Source: Thermoleophilaceae bacterium
Lineage (GTDB): Bacteria > Actinomycetota > Thermoleophilia > Solirubrobacterales > Thermoleophilaceae
Length of the DNA: 49,016 bases
Reading direction: 5' to 3'
NCBI GenBank assembly: GCA_013698335.1
Contig: JACCVG010000205.1
Span: 1 to 49,016, forward strand
Below are positions 15,776-24,031 of this stretch, in pieces. The notes beneath the pieces are model-generated. The model made no database searches, had not been told where the DNA came from, and saw only the letters and a program-made list of their open reading frames with translations. The translations under genes were made by a program, and so were the position numbers. The stretch's first letter is position 1. Each line of letters starts with the position of its first letter.

Positions 15776-16822
15776 ATGATTTCGAGCACTCGCACATACA
15801 TGGCCGTCGTCGCCGGCTTCGCGCTGCCGCTAGCCGGTTCGGGTGGGGCCCTAGCCGAGGCACCCGGACCGGGAACGCCGTCGACGACTACCGCACCTGT
15901 TTCCACGACCACCACGACGACGACGACCACGCCGAGGCCGCCAATCGCCCCGGCACCGAGCCCACGGTCGCCGGGCCGCGGTCGGGAGGGACGCGGTGAG
16001 ACGGCCGGCACTCGCGCGTCGCTTTCGTTGTTGCGGCGCACGGAGGGGAGCCTGCGTTTCGGCGAGCGAGTGAAGCTGACCGGCCGCCACTCCTCGCGCA
16101 AGCACGACAAGCCGATCCAGGTCGAGTACAAGGCCCGTGGGGAGAAGCCGAAGACGATCGCTGTACCCCGGACCGACAGGAAGGGCCGCTACGTGGTCCG
16201 TCACCGCCCCGCACACAGCGGCCGTTATCGAGCCATCGATCGGAAGGGCTCGTTGAAGACCGACAAGGTCGCGGTCGAGGTCAAGCCGACGTTGGACTTC
16301 GAGGTCAAGCCCTCGACGCTCACGGGACGCAAGGTCGAGGCCTCTGGTGAGCTGCTGCCGGGGGCCGAGGGGCGCCGGATTCTCGTCGAGGCCCGCCGCA
16401 AGGGCGATTGGAAGCGGGTGGAGCGCGTCGACGCCGGCAAGCCGTTCGACGTCAGCTGGCGGCCCGAGCGCGTCGGTTCCTACAAGCTGCGCGCGAGCTT
16501 CGAGGGCGACAAGCGCAACCTCGGCGAGCGCGAGGCCGCGCCGGTGATGGTCTTTCGCGAGTCGGTCACCTCGATCTACGGCCCCGGCTTCTACGGCCGA
16601 CAGACCGCCTGCGGCCAGAGGCTCGAGCGCAAGACGGTCGGCGTCGCCCACAAGAAGATTGCCTGCGGGAAGAAGGTGACCTTCCGGCGCAAGGGCCGTT
16701 CGATCACGGTCCCGGTGATCGACCGAGGACCGTTCATCAAGCACCGGGAGTGGGATCTGACCACCGCGGCCGCCTCGAAGCTCAAGGTCGAGGGCGTCCA
16801 GCGGGTCTGGTCCAGCCGCTGA
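15776..16822 (+). CDS. Secreted RlpA-like double-psi beta-barrel (DPBB) protein with a Thr-rich linker
   Basis: A signal peptide is present (MAVVAGFALPLAGSGGALA), followed by the linker TTTAPVSTTTTTTTTTPRPP. Two basic beta-rich repeats follow. The C-terminus IYGPGFYGRQTACGQRL...VAHKKIACGKKVTFRRKGRSITVPVIDRGPF is typical of RlpA/DPBB_1. An alternative start is ATG 15800. Confidence 0.78.
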   Translation: MISSTRTYMAVVAGFALPLAGSGGALAEAPGPGTPSTTTAPVSTTTTTTTTTPRPPIAPAPSPRSPGRGREGRGETAGTRASLSLLRRTEGSLRFGERVKLTGRHSSRKHDKPIQVEYKARGEKPKTIAVPRTDRKGRYVVRHRPAHSGRYRAIDRKGSLKTDKVAVEVKPTLDFEVKPSTLTGRKVEASGELLPGAEGRRILVEARRKGDWKRVERVDAGKPFDVSWRPERVGSYKLRASFEGDKRNLGEREAAPVMVFRESVTSIYGPGFYGRQTACGQRLERKTVGVAHKKIACGKKVTFRRKGRSITVPVIDRGPFIKHREWDLTTAAASKLKVEGVQRVWSSR

Positions 16823-16834
16823 TACCGCGGGCAG

Positions 16835-17914
16835 TTAGATAGTGAGCTCCAGCTGGGGTCTCGCGTTGAGCGCCTGTCCCTGCTGATCGAGCCCCGCGAC
16901 CCGCACACCGAGCAGCCGAACGGGCCGTGGGGGGTCGAAGGCCAGCAGCAGCTCACGGGCCACCTGCAGCACCAGCACGTAGTCCGCGGTGGGGGAGGGC
17001 AGGGTGCGTGCACGGGTATGGGTGGAGAAATCGTCGAGCCGGACCTTGATCCCGATCGTCTGCCCGCGCGCGCCACGTGCACCCATGTCGTCACAGAGCC
17101 GGCGGGCGAGATCGCGCAGCGGTGCGTCGAGTGCCTCAACGCCCCGCAGATCGCGGTCGAAGGTCGTCTCGCGAGATTCCGACTTTCGCAGTCGCGCCGT
17201 ATCGAGCTCGCGGCGATCCTCAAGCCGGCCGAGCGCTCGCAGGTGGGGGCCGAGCCGCGGCCCAAACGCCGCAATCAGCCGCTCCTCCTCGGCGTCACCG
17301 AGCTGCGCGACCGTTTCGATCCTGAGGGCGCCGAGCCGCTGCACGGTCTTCGGTCCGACCCCCGGGATGACGCCGGCCGACAAAGGCCCGAAGCGATCTC
17401 GCGCGGCCGCTTGATCGAGCAGCACGAAGCCGTTCGGCTTCTCCAGATCTGATGCCACCTTCGCGATCAGCTTGTTCGGACCGATGCCCACCGAGCAGTT
17501 CAGCCCGCACGTCGAAAGGATCTCCGCGCGGGCTCGCTTGACAGACGCACGCGGGCGCTCGAGGCCGGATAGGTCGACGTAGGCTTCGTCGAGACTCATT
17601 ACCTCGACGATCTCGAAATGATCGCGGAGCAACCCCATCACCCGGGCGGAGCAGCTGCGGTAATGGTCGAAGTCAGGCGCCACGAACACGGCCTGCGGGC
17701 AGAGGCGACGTGCCCGGCTCGCCGGCGTCGCCGAGTGGACTCCGTAGCGGCGGGCTTCGTAGCTGGCGGTCGTGACGACCGCACGCGGCCCCGAGCCGGC
17801 GACCACTACGGGAAGCCCGCGTAGCTCAGGTCTCCGCAGCAACTCGACGCTTACGTAGAAGGCGTCCATGTCGACCAGCGCGTAGCAGCGCGGCCATTGC
17901 GCGGGCGGGATCAC
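16835..17914 (-). CDS. dinB: DNA polymerase IV (Y-family)
   Basis: LVDMDAFYVSVELLRRPELRGLPVVV, SLDEAYVDL and the PGVGPKT HhH motif are present. The start is GTG at 17914. Confidence 0.9.
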   Translation of the reverse strand: MIPPAQWPRCYALVDMDAFYVSVELLRRPELRGLPVVVAGSGPRAVVTTASYEARRYGVHSATPASRARRLCPQAVFVAPDFDHYRSCSARVMGLLRDHFEIVEVMSLDEAYVDLSGLERPRASVKRARAEILSTCGLNCSVGIGPNKLIAKVASDLEKPNGFVLLDQAAARDRFGPLSAGVIPGVGPKTVQRLGALRIETVAQLGDAEEERLIAAFGPRLGPHLRALGRLEDRRELDTARLRKSESRETTFDRDLRGVEALDAPLRDLARRLCDDMGARGARGQTIGIKVRLDDFSTHTRARTLPSPTADYVLVLQVARELLLAFDPPRPVRLLGVRVAGLDQQGQALNARPQLELTI

Positions 17915-17945
17915 CCTCCGGAGGCTACGCCGGGATCCGGCGGAC

Positions 17946-18635
17946 CTACACCGGTTGGTTGACCGGCCGGATCAATATCTCGTTGACGTCCACGCGGGCG
18001 GGCTGGGAGAGCGCGTAGAGGACGGCTGCGGCTATGTCTTCGGGCTCAAGACCGCCCTCGACGGGGTTGTCGAAGAACGGCGTACTGACCATTCCGGGCT
18101 CGATCAAGGTGACGCGGATCGGCGTCTCACCGACTTCCTTGCGCAACGATTCCCCCATGGCGGTGACGGCCCACTTGGTCGCCGAGTAGAGCGAGCCGGG
18201 AAGCGCGACGCGACCGGCGACCGAGCCGGTCAACAGGAAGTGGCCGGCGTTTCGCTCGAGCAGATGGGGCAGGGCGGCCCGGATTGTCAGGGCGCAGCCG
18301 TAGACGTTGGTGTCGATCATCGAGCGCCACTGCTCCGGGCTCTCTTCGAGGAAGCCCCGCGCGGCCCCGAAGCCGGCGTTGGCGAACACGGCGTCGATAG
18401 CGCCGAAGCGGTCGATGGTGGCGGCGACCGTAGCCTGCTGGTCGTCCCACTCGGTGACATCGCAGCGGATCGCGAGAGCGTTTTCCTCGCCTAGATCGGC
18501 GACCAGAGCCGCAAGCTTGTCCTCGGAGCGGGCGGCGAGCCCGACCTTCCAGCCGTCCTGGACCGCGCGACGAGCCGTCGCTGCTCCGATGCCGCTCGAG
18601 GCACCGGTGATGTAGAGGACGCGGGCAGGGCTCAT
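17946..18635 (-). CDS. Short-chain dehydrogenase/reductase (SDR) family oxidoreductase
   Basis: The cofactor motif is ITGASSGIGAATA. NAG is present in FANAGFG. The catalytic YSATK is present. Confidence 0.88.
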   Translation of the reverse strand: MSPARVLYITGASSGIGAATARRAVQDGWKVGLAARSEDKLAALVADLGEENALAIRCDVTEWDDQQATVAATIDRFGAIDAVFANAGFGAARGFLEESPEQWRSMIDTNVYGCALTIRAALPHLLERNAGHFLLTGSVAGRVALPGSLYSATKWAVTAMGESLRKEVGETPIRVTLIEPGMVSTPFFDNPVEGGLEPEDIAAAVLYALSQPARVDVNEILIRPVNQPV

Positions 18636-18674
18636 CGGGCTGTTCTAGCAGGCGCCCGCGGGGGCCCCTTAAGG

Positions 18675-19682
18675 TTGGTCGGTATGGGCGGCCTTCTCAG
18701 CAACCCCCGGTTCCCGGAGATCCGATTGGCTCGCGGCCACTACGAGAGCTTCTTCGCGAAGCTGGTGCATCCGGCCGATCCGCTCGGGGCATGGATTCGC
18801 TACACGGTCCACAAGCCTCCGGGGGCGCTCGCAAGCGGATCGCTCTGGTTCACCCTGTTCGAACGGGGCGAACCGCCCTACGCGGTCAAGCAGACGTTCG
18901 CGGCCGCCGAGACCCTGGCGCCGCCCGGGGAGTACATCAGGATCGGCGAGAGCTGCTTCGCCCCGGGCAGCATGATTGGAGCTGCGGCAGGTCTCGACCG
19001 CAGCGCCCGTTGGGAGCTGGTTGTCGAGTCGCACGAGGCGCCGTATCGCCACCTGCCGAAGCCGTGGATGTACGAGGCTGTGCTCCCGCGGACGAAACTG
19101 CTCAGCCCCTATCCGGCGGCCACCTTCGGTGGGACGCTCGAGGTCGGCGGCCGGCGCCTCGAGCTCGACGGGTGGCAGGGCACGGTCGGCCACAATTGGG
19201 GTGCCCAGCACGCCGAGCGCTGGATCTGGCTGCACGCCGCGAGCTTCGCCGGGCACGATCCGCGCACGACCTGGTTCGACGCAGCCCTCGGGCGGGTCAA
19301 GGTCGGACCGCTGACTCTGCCGTGGATCGCAAACGCCCGGCTCGACATCGACGGCCAGACGCATGTACTCGGCGGGCCGGCGCGGATCCGCCAGACCCAG
19401 GTTGAGGAGACGCCGACGAGCTGCTCGTTCGAACTGCGCGGAAGCGAATTGGTGCTGCGGGGAAATGCTTCGTCCGGGGCCGAGGAGTTCGTCGGCTGGG
19501 TCTACGCCGACCCCGACGGTTCCGAGCACAACGCCGTCAACTGCTCAATTGCCACGCTCACGCTCGAGCTCGACGGGCCGCAGGGCAGGATGAGCCTCAG
19601 GACCGCCGCGAGCGGGACCTACGAGCTCGGAATGCGCGAACGGGACCACGGGATCGCGCTCCAGCCGTTCCCGGACGGCTGA
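18675..19682 (+). CDS. Hypothetical protein, tocopherol-cyclase-like family (tentative)
   Basis: GHYESFFAKL near the N-terminus and GHNWGAQHAERWIWLHAASF resemble the FFEGWY and NWG...W.W.Q motifs of the tocopherol-cyclase-like fold. Start is TTG 18675 or ATG 18684. Confidence 0.45.
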   Translation: MVGMGGLLSNPRFPEIRLARGHYESFFAKLVHPADPLGAWIRYTVHKPPGALASGSLWFTLFERGEPPYAVKQTFAAAETLAPPGEYIRIGESCFAPGSMIGAAAGLDRSARWELVVESHEAPYRHLPKPWMYEAVLPRTKLLSPYPAATFGGTLEVGGRRLELDGWQGTVGHNWGAQHAERWIWLHAASFAGHDPRTTWFDAALGRVKVGPLTLPWIANARLDIDGQTHVLGGPARIRQTQVEETPTSCSFELRGSELVLRGNASSGAEEFVGWVYADPDGSEHNAVNCSIATLTLELDGPQGRMSLRTAASGTYELGMRERDHGIALQPFPDG

Positions 19683-19708
19683 ACCGTAACCCAGCGTAAG
19701 GTCTATCC

Positions 19709-20290
19709 ATGGGTCAGATCTATGACGAGATCGACGAACGATGGCGTAGCTGGATCGCCGAACAGCCGATCTTCTTCGTCGCGACGGCGCCGATCAGCGA
19801 GGACGGGCTCGTCAACCTCTCGCCAAAGGGACCCGCCGGCGGGCTCCGGGTCCTCGGCCCGCGCCAAGTCGCCTACCTCGACGTCGGCGGCAGCGGGGTC
19901 GAGACGATCGCTCACCTGCGCGAAAACGGGCGGATCGTCGTCATGCTCTGCGCATTCGAAGGGCCACCACGGATTCTCCGCCTGCACGGCCGGGGAAGGG
20001 TGGTCTCAGAGGGGGACCCGCGCTTCGAGGAGCTGAGCGCCGGCATGTCGAGTATCGGCCCGCCGGAGGCGAGTCGCTCGGTAATCGTGGTCGACGTCGA
20101 GCGAATCGCCGATTCCTGCGGCTACGGGGTCCCGCTGATGAGCTTCGAGGGCGATCGCGACCACTACGAGCTGTTCGTGTCCAAGAAGCTACGCACTGGA
20201 GGCCCTGAGGCGCTCGAGCGTCGCCGGGCCGAGAACAACGCCCGCAGCCTGGACGGACTGCCGGGGCTCGAGGGACTGTCGCGGGGTTGA
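19709..20290 (+). CDS. Pyridoxamine 5-prime-phosphate oxidase-like FMN-binding family protein
   Basis: WIAEQPIFFVATAPISEDGLVNLSPKG...VAYLDVGGSGVETIAHLRENGRIVVMLCAF matches the split-barrel PNPOx-like family. Confidence 0.75.
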   Translation: MGQIYDEIDERWRSWIAEQPIFFVATAPISEDGLVNLSPKGPAGGLRVLGPRQVAYLDVGGSGVETIAHLRENGRIVVMLCAFEGPPRILRLHGRGRVVSEGDPRFEELSAGMSSIGPPEASRSVIVVDVERIADSCGYGVPLMSFEGDRDHYELFVSKKLRTGGPEALERRRAENNARSLDGLPGLEGLSRG

Positions 20291-20296
20291 GGCGAG

Positions 20297-20334
20297 CTCA
20301 TTCCAGCGATCCTCGCTCAACGCTCGATAATGAG
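20297..20334. terminator. Nested hairpins in an AT-richer 74-nt convergent spacer (possible terminator)
   Basis: CTCATT (20297-20302) pairs with AATGAG (20329-20334). The inner pair is AGCGA (20305-20309) with TCGCT (20313-20317). This is the only visibly AT-enriched spacer in the window. Confidence 0.25.
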
Positions 20335-20364
20335 GGTTATGACAACTAAGCAGGGAACAGCCGA

Positions 20365-21159
20365 CTAGCGCTCTGCGATCAACAGGGTCTGGGTCGCGCG
20401 CCCTATCGGACCCTCGCGGTCCGATAGGACCGATTCGGCGAGACCGATCCCTTCGGGGCCGACCAGCGTCCTGGCGTCGACGAGGACCCAGTCACCGACG
20501 GGGTTTCGAATCAGGTTGACCGTGAGGTCGGTGTTGACAAACAGAAACTCCCGCTGATCAAGTGTTCCGCTGATCCCGTTGCCGACATCGGCAGCGACCA
20601 ATACCCGGCTGAGCGCGCTCGGGTCCTCGCCGCCAACCAGCGAGCCGCGCATGCGCATCCACGCGGCAGCCGGGCCGCGGTCGAGAAACCCGCCTTCGAG
20701 GAAGCGGATCTCCATCGCCGTGTGGTACCCGCGGTCGTACCCGGTGTCGAAGAACGGCTTCTCGACGGCCTCTGCCGGATCGGCGGCCCGTGTTATGTCT
20801 CCCTGGGGTCCACGGGTCCCGGTTTCACGGCGTCGCAATACCCAGGCTCGGGCTCGTGCGAGCGGGGTTTGGGCAGAGAACAACTCGGCCTCGACGAGCT
20901 GTACCCGTCGACCGGGCCGGACGATTCGTGCCTCGAGCCGCATCGGCGCGATCGGTATCGGCCCGAGAATCTCGACGGTCAGCCGCCCGAGGTGCCACTC
21001 GGGACCTACCAGCAATTCGATCTCACGGCCGATCAACGCCGTCGGCGGGCCGGCGTGCTGATCGGTCGCGGCCCATGGCCCGCGCGTCTGCTCGGTAGCT
21101 GAGAACGCCCCATCGACGGCCTCATAGAAGGCTTCAGGCACGGCGGGACTTTGACACAC
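20365..21159 (-). CDS. Thioesterase-like superfamily protein (acyl-CoA thioesterase, double hotdog type)
   Basis: FSATEQTRGPWAATDQHAGPPTAL and the later DLTVNLIRNPVGDWVLVDA fit the 4HBT_3 / TesB-like family. Start is GTG 21159 or GTG 21141. Confidence 0.6.
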   Translation of the reverse strand: MCQSPAVPEAFYEAVDGAFSATEQTRGPWAATDQHAGPPTALIGREIELLVGPEWHLGRLTVEILGPIPIAPMRLEARIVRPGRRVQLVEAELFSAQTPLARARAWVLRRRETGTRGPQGDITRAADPAEAVEKPFFDTGYDRGYHTAMEIRFLEGGFLDRGPAAAWMRMRGSLVGGEDPSALSRVLVAADVGNGISGTLDQREFLFVNTDLTVNLIRNPVGDWVLVDARTLVGPEGIGLAESVLSDREGPIGRATQTLLIAER

Positions 21160-21180
21160 CCGCCTGGCTACACTGACGCC

Positions 21181-21786
21181 GTGGCCAAGGAGCGCGCAAG
21201 CCGCATGCAGATGCAGGTCGGGAGCCTCGGCGCGATTCCTCTCCTCGAGTCGCGGACCGACGAGCAGCTACTGAGCGAGTCCAAGCACCGCGCCGCTGCG
21301 CGAGCAATTCTCGCCGCGCGAGCCGCAGAGCGCTACGACGCGCAGACCGCGCGCAAGTACTTCAACGAGGCGCTCGCCGGAGCCCACCCCCAGGAGCGCC
21401 CGGCGCTGCGTCAGATGATGAACGCCTCACTGGCGCTGGCTGAGCGCCGGCCCGACGATCTCAAGGCCGCGGTCGAGAAGCTCGGTCAGGAGGCCCCCTC
21501 CGGACGGCAGTTGATGCTGCTGCGGTTGATGGGCCTGATTTCCCCGCCGCCCGGCGCGGGAGGCCTCGCTCGCGCCCGTGGCTTCGCCGTGCTGGCGCTG
21601 ATCGTGGTGATTCTGCTCGCGATCGGCTACGGGATCGCAACCCTCGCGCTACTGCCCTTCGGAGGCGTCTCGACCGCCGGCACCGCCGTCGTCGGCCTGC
21701 TGATCGTCATCCTCGTGCTCGGCGGCCTCGCGTACGTCGGGCGGCGCCGACAACGGCGCGCCGAAGCCCAGCGAGCCGGCCCCTGA
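21181..21786 (+). CDS. Hypothetical membrane protein (helical N-domain, two TM helices, Arg-rich tail)
   Basis: The TM segments are FAVLALIVVILLAIGYGIATLALL and AVVGLLIVILVLGGLAYV. No recognisable family. The start is ambiguous (TTG 21151, GTG 21181 or ATG 21205). Confidence 0.45.
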   Translation: MAKERASRMQMQVGSLGAIPLLESRTDEQLLSESKHRAAARAILAARAAERYDAQTARKYFNEALAGAHPQERPALRQMMNASLALAERRPDDLKAAVEKLGQEAPSGRQLMLLRLMGLISPPPGAGGLARARGFAVLALIVVILLAIGYGIATLALLPFGGVSTAGTAVVGLLIVILVLGGLAYVGRRRQRRAEAQRAGP

Positions 21787-21789
21787 CCG

Positions 21790-22629
21790 GTGGCCGCCGA
21801 CAGGCGGCCCTACGATCGAAGCGTGCCGCTCTCCCCCCTGCTCGCTTCCTATGACCAGCTGATCCTCGATCTGGATGGCTGCGTCTACGTCGGTGACGAG
21901 CCGACCGAGCGGGCACCCGAGGCGATCGCGGCGCTGCGCGACGCGGGCAAGCGGATCGCATTCGTCACGAACAACTCCCGGCTGCGCGGCGAGGATTACG
22001 TTCAGCGGCTCTGGAAGATGGGGATTCAGGCCTCTCTCGGAGAGGTCGTCACGGTTGGCGGGGCAGTTCAGCACCTGCTCAACGAGACCTGCCAGGGTCA
22101 AGCGGCCTTCGTGATCGGCACCGCGGCGATGATCGAGCATGTCGAAGCGGCCGGTCTGCGCGTCCACAACGGAACGGATCTCGCTTCGCGCGCCGAGCTG
22201 GTCGTCGTCTCCGGGACCGAGGACTTCGTGTTCGACGATCTCCGAGTGGCGGTCCAAGCGCTACGCCGGGGCGCCCAGTTCTTCGCCACCGGCCGCGATC
22301 CGACCTATCCGATGCCCGATGGGCTGTGGCCGGGGACGGGAGCGCTGTTGAGCGCCGTCGAGTATGCCTCGGACCGCGTCGCGACGATCGTCGGCAAGCC
22401 CGCGCCGCAGCTCTTCCAGACCGCTCTCGACCGTATGGGGCCGAGCGCGCGGACGCTCGTCGTCGGGGACAAGCTCGACTCGGACATCGCCGCCGCGCGC
22501 GCGGTCGGGCTCGATGCCGCGCTCGTGCTCTCGGGAGGGACCACTGCGGCCGAAGTGGCCGCAGCCGTTGATCCTCGGCCCGACCATGTCGCGACGACCC
22601 TCGCGGCGCTCGTCCTCGGACCGGCCTGA
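21790..22629 (+). CDS. HAD-IIA family hydrolase (NagD-like sugar-phosphate phosphatase)
   Basis: The DxD motif is in ILDLDGCVYVG. FVTNNS, KP in GKPAP and GDKLDSDI are also present. The start is GTG. Confidence 0.85.
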   Translation: MAADRRPYDRSVPLSPLLASYDQLILDLDGCVYVGDEPTERAPEAIAALRDAGKRIAFVTNNSRLRGEDYVQRLWKMGIQASLGEVVTVGGAVQHLLNETCQGQAAFVIGTAAMIEHVEAAGLRVHNGTDLASRAELVVVSGTEDFVFDDLRVAVQALRRGAQFFATGRDPTYPMPDGLWPGTGALLSAVEYASDRVATIVGKPAPQLFQTALDRMGPSARTLVVGDKLDSDIAAARAVGLDAALVLSGGTTAAEVAAAVDPRPDHVATTLAALVLGPA

Positions 22630-22632
22630 GCC

Positions 22633-22914
22633 GTGGCCCGTAAGACCCATCACAAGCACTCGTCCAAGAAGGGCTACCGGAAGCTGCTCGACGCGCTGGC
22701 GGATCTCGAGGGCGTCCACCGGGTGGCGACCGGACGCGTCAAGCCCCGGATGGGCTCCGGGCGGCCGATCGCGCCGATCTCGAAGGTCCGCCGCACTGAA
22801 TCGGGGCTTTCGATCACGATCAACACCGAGGGCGCGATCGTCGACGCCTACGTCATCACCGACCGGCCGGAGGAGGTCGAGCGCGCGATCGCGGACGCCG
22901 GCTGGAGCGGCTGA
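22633..22914 (+). CDS. Small basic hypothetical protein (93 aa) with a His/Lys-rich N-terminus
   Basis: GTG start lies 3 nt after the HAD gene stop. The N-terminus is ARKTHHKHSSKKGYRK. Codon usage is coherent with high GC3. No family recognised. Confidence 0.5.
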   Translation: MARKTHHKHSSKKGYRKLLDALADLEGVHRVATGRVKPRMGSGRPIAPISKVRRTESGLSITINTEGAIVDAYVITDRPEEVERAIADAGWSG

Positions 22915-22927
22915 GCACGAGCGCAAG

Positions 22928-22972
22928 CGAGTGTCGTCGCGGTCAGCTCCCCGCCCACCGCGACGACACTCG
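22928..22972. terminator. Perfect 16-bp GC-rich hairpin, candidate bidirectional terminator
   Basis: CGAGTGTCGTCGCGGT (22928-22943) is the exact reverse complement of ACCGCGACGACACTCG (22957-22972). The loop is 13 nt. It sits in the 67-nt spacer between two convergent genes. There is no U-tract. Confidence 0.6.
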
Positions 22973-22981
22973 ATCGGTGGG

Positions 22982-23197
22982 TCAGTCGCCCGGGTCGTAC
23001 TTGAACGACATCCCGAGCCGTACGCGGTAGCCGGTGACCTGGCCGTCCTCGATCACGACGTCCTGGCGTACCACCTCTCCGATACGCAGGTCGCGTAGCG
23101 ACTTGGACGCCGTCGCCACGGCCGCGGCCGCCGCCGCCTCCCAGGACTCGCTGCTGACTCCGATGACCTCGGTCACCCGGTAGACGCTGTCTGCCAT
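22982..23197 (-). CDS. Dodecin family flavin-binding protein
   Basis: The 71-aa product MADSVYRVTEVIGVSSESWEAAAAAAV...LRIGEVVRQDVVIEDGQVTGYRVRLGMSFKY is canonical dodecin. A strong SD GAGGAGAGGAG lies upstream of the ATG. Confidence 0.88.
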   Translation of the reverse strand: MADSVYRVTEVIGVSSESWEAAAAAAVATASKSLRDLRIGEVVRQDVVIEDGQVTGYRVRLGMSFKYDPGD

Positions 23198-23262
23198 GAG
23201 TGCTCCTCTCCTCGCGGTTGCTTGGAGCCCGACCCTCTCACATCGGGCTGTAGGGTTGGACG

Positions 23263-24021
23263 ATGGAAGAGAGCAAGGGCCCGAATGGCCCGCTCGTCGA
23301 GTTGAGCGGCGTAACCAAGAGTTTCGGCGACAACGTCGTGCTGAACGAAATCGATCTGCGAATCGGACGCGGCGAGGCCGTCGTGGTGGCCGGCCCGTCG
23401 GGCTCGGGCAAGTCGACGATGCTGCGCTGCATCAACGGCCTCGAGCCGATCGATTCGGGCTCGATCCGCTTCGGTGGTCGGGCGATCGAGGGGATTGGGC
23501 GTGAGATCTATGGGATCCGGGCGCAAATCGGCATGGTCTTCCAGCAGTTCAACCTTTTTCCGCACATGACCGTGATCGACAACATCACGCTGGCCCCTGT
23601 GCGAGTCCAGGGCACCTCGGTCGAGGAAGCACGCCGGCGGGGGCGCGAACTGCTCGAGCGGGTCGGTATCCCGGACAAGGAGGACGATGTCCCGGCCGAT
23701 CTCTCCGGGGGTCAGCAGCAGCGCGTGGCGATCGCCCGCGCCCTCGCGGTCGACCCGAAGCTGATGCTCTTCGACGAGCCGACCTCCGCGCTCGATCCCG
23801 AGATGATCCGCGAAGTGCTCGACGTCATGCGCGATCTCGCGCGCGACGGGATGACGATGATCGTCGTCACGCATGAGATGGGCTTCGCGCGCGAGGTGTG
23901 CGACCGGCTGATCTTCATCGACGAGGGTGTGATCGTCGAGGACGCACCTCCGGAGGAATTCTTCAAGGCGACCGGCAGCGCCCGGGCGAAGGAGTTCGTT
24001 GACAAGATCATCCACCACTGA
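23263..24021 (+). CDS. Polar amino-acid ABC transporter ATP-binding protein
   Basis: Walker A is GPSGSGKST. The signature is LSGGQQQRVAIARAL. Walker B is LMLFDEPTSALD. The FNLFPHMTV block is GlnQ/HisP-like. Confidence 0.92.
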   Translation: MEESKGPNGPLVELSGVTKSFGDNVVLNEIDLRIGRGEAVVVAGPSGSGKSTMLRCINGLEPIDSGSIRFGGRAIEGIGREIYGIRAQIGMVFQQFNLFPHMTVIDNITLAPVRVQGTSVEEARRRGRELLERVGIPDKEDDVPADLSGGQQQRVAIARALAVDPKLMLFDEPTSALDPEMIREVLDVMRDLARDGMTMIVVTHEMGFAREVCDRLIFIDEGVIVEDAPPEEFFKATGSARAKEFVDKIIHH

Positions 24022-24031
24022 GGAGGGCCAG

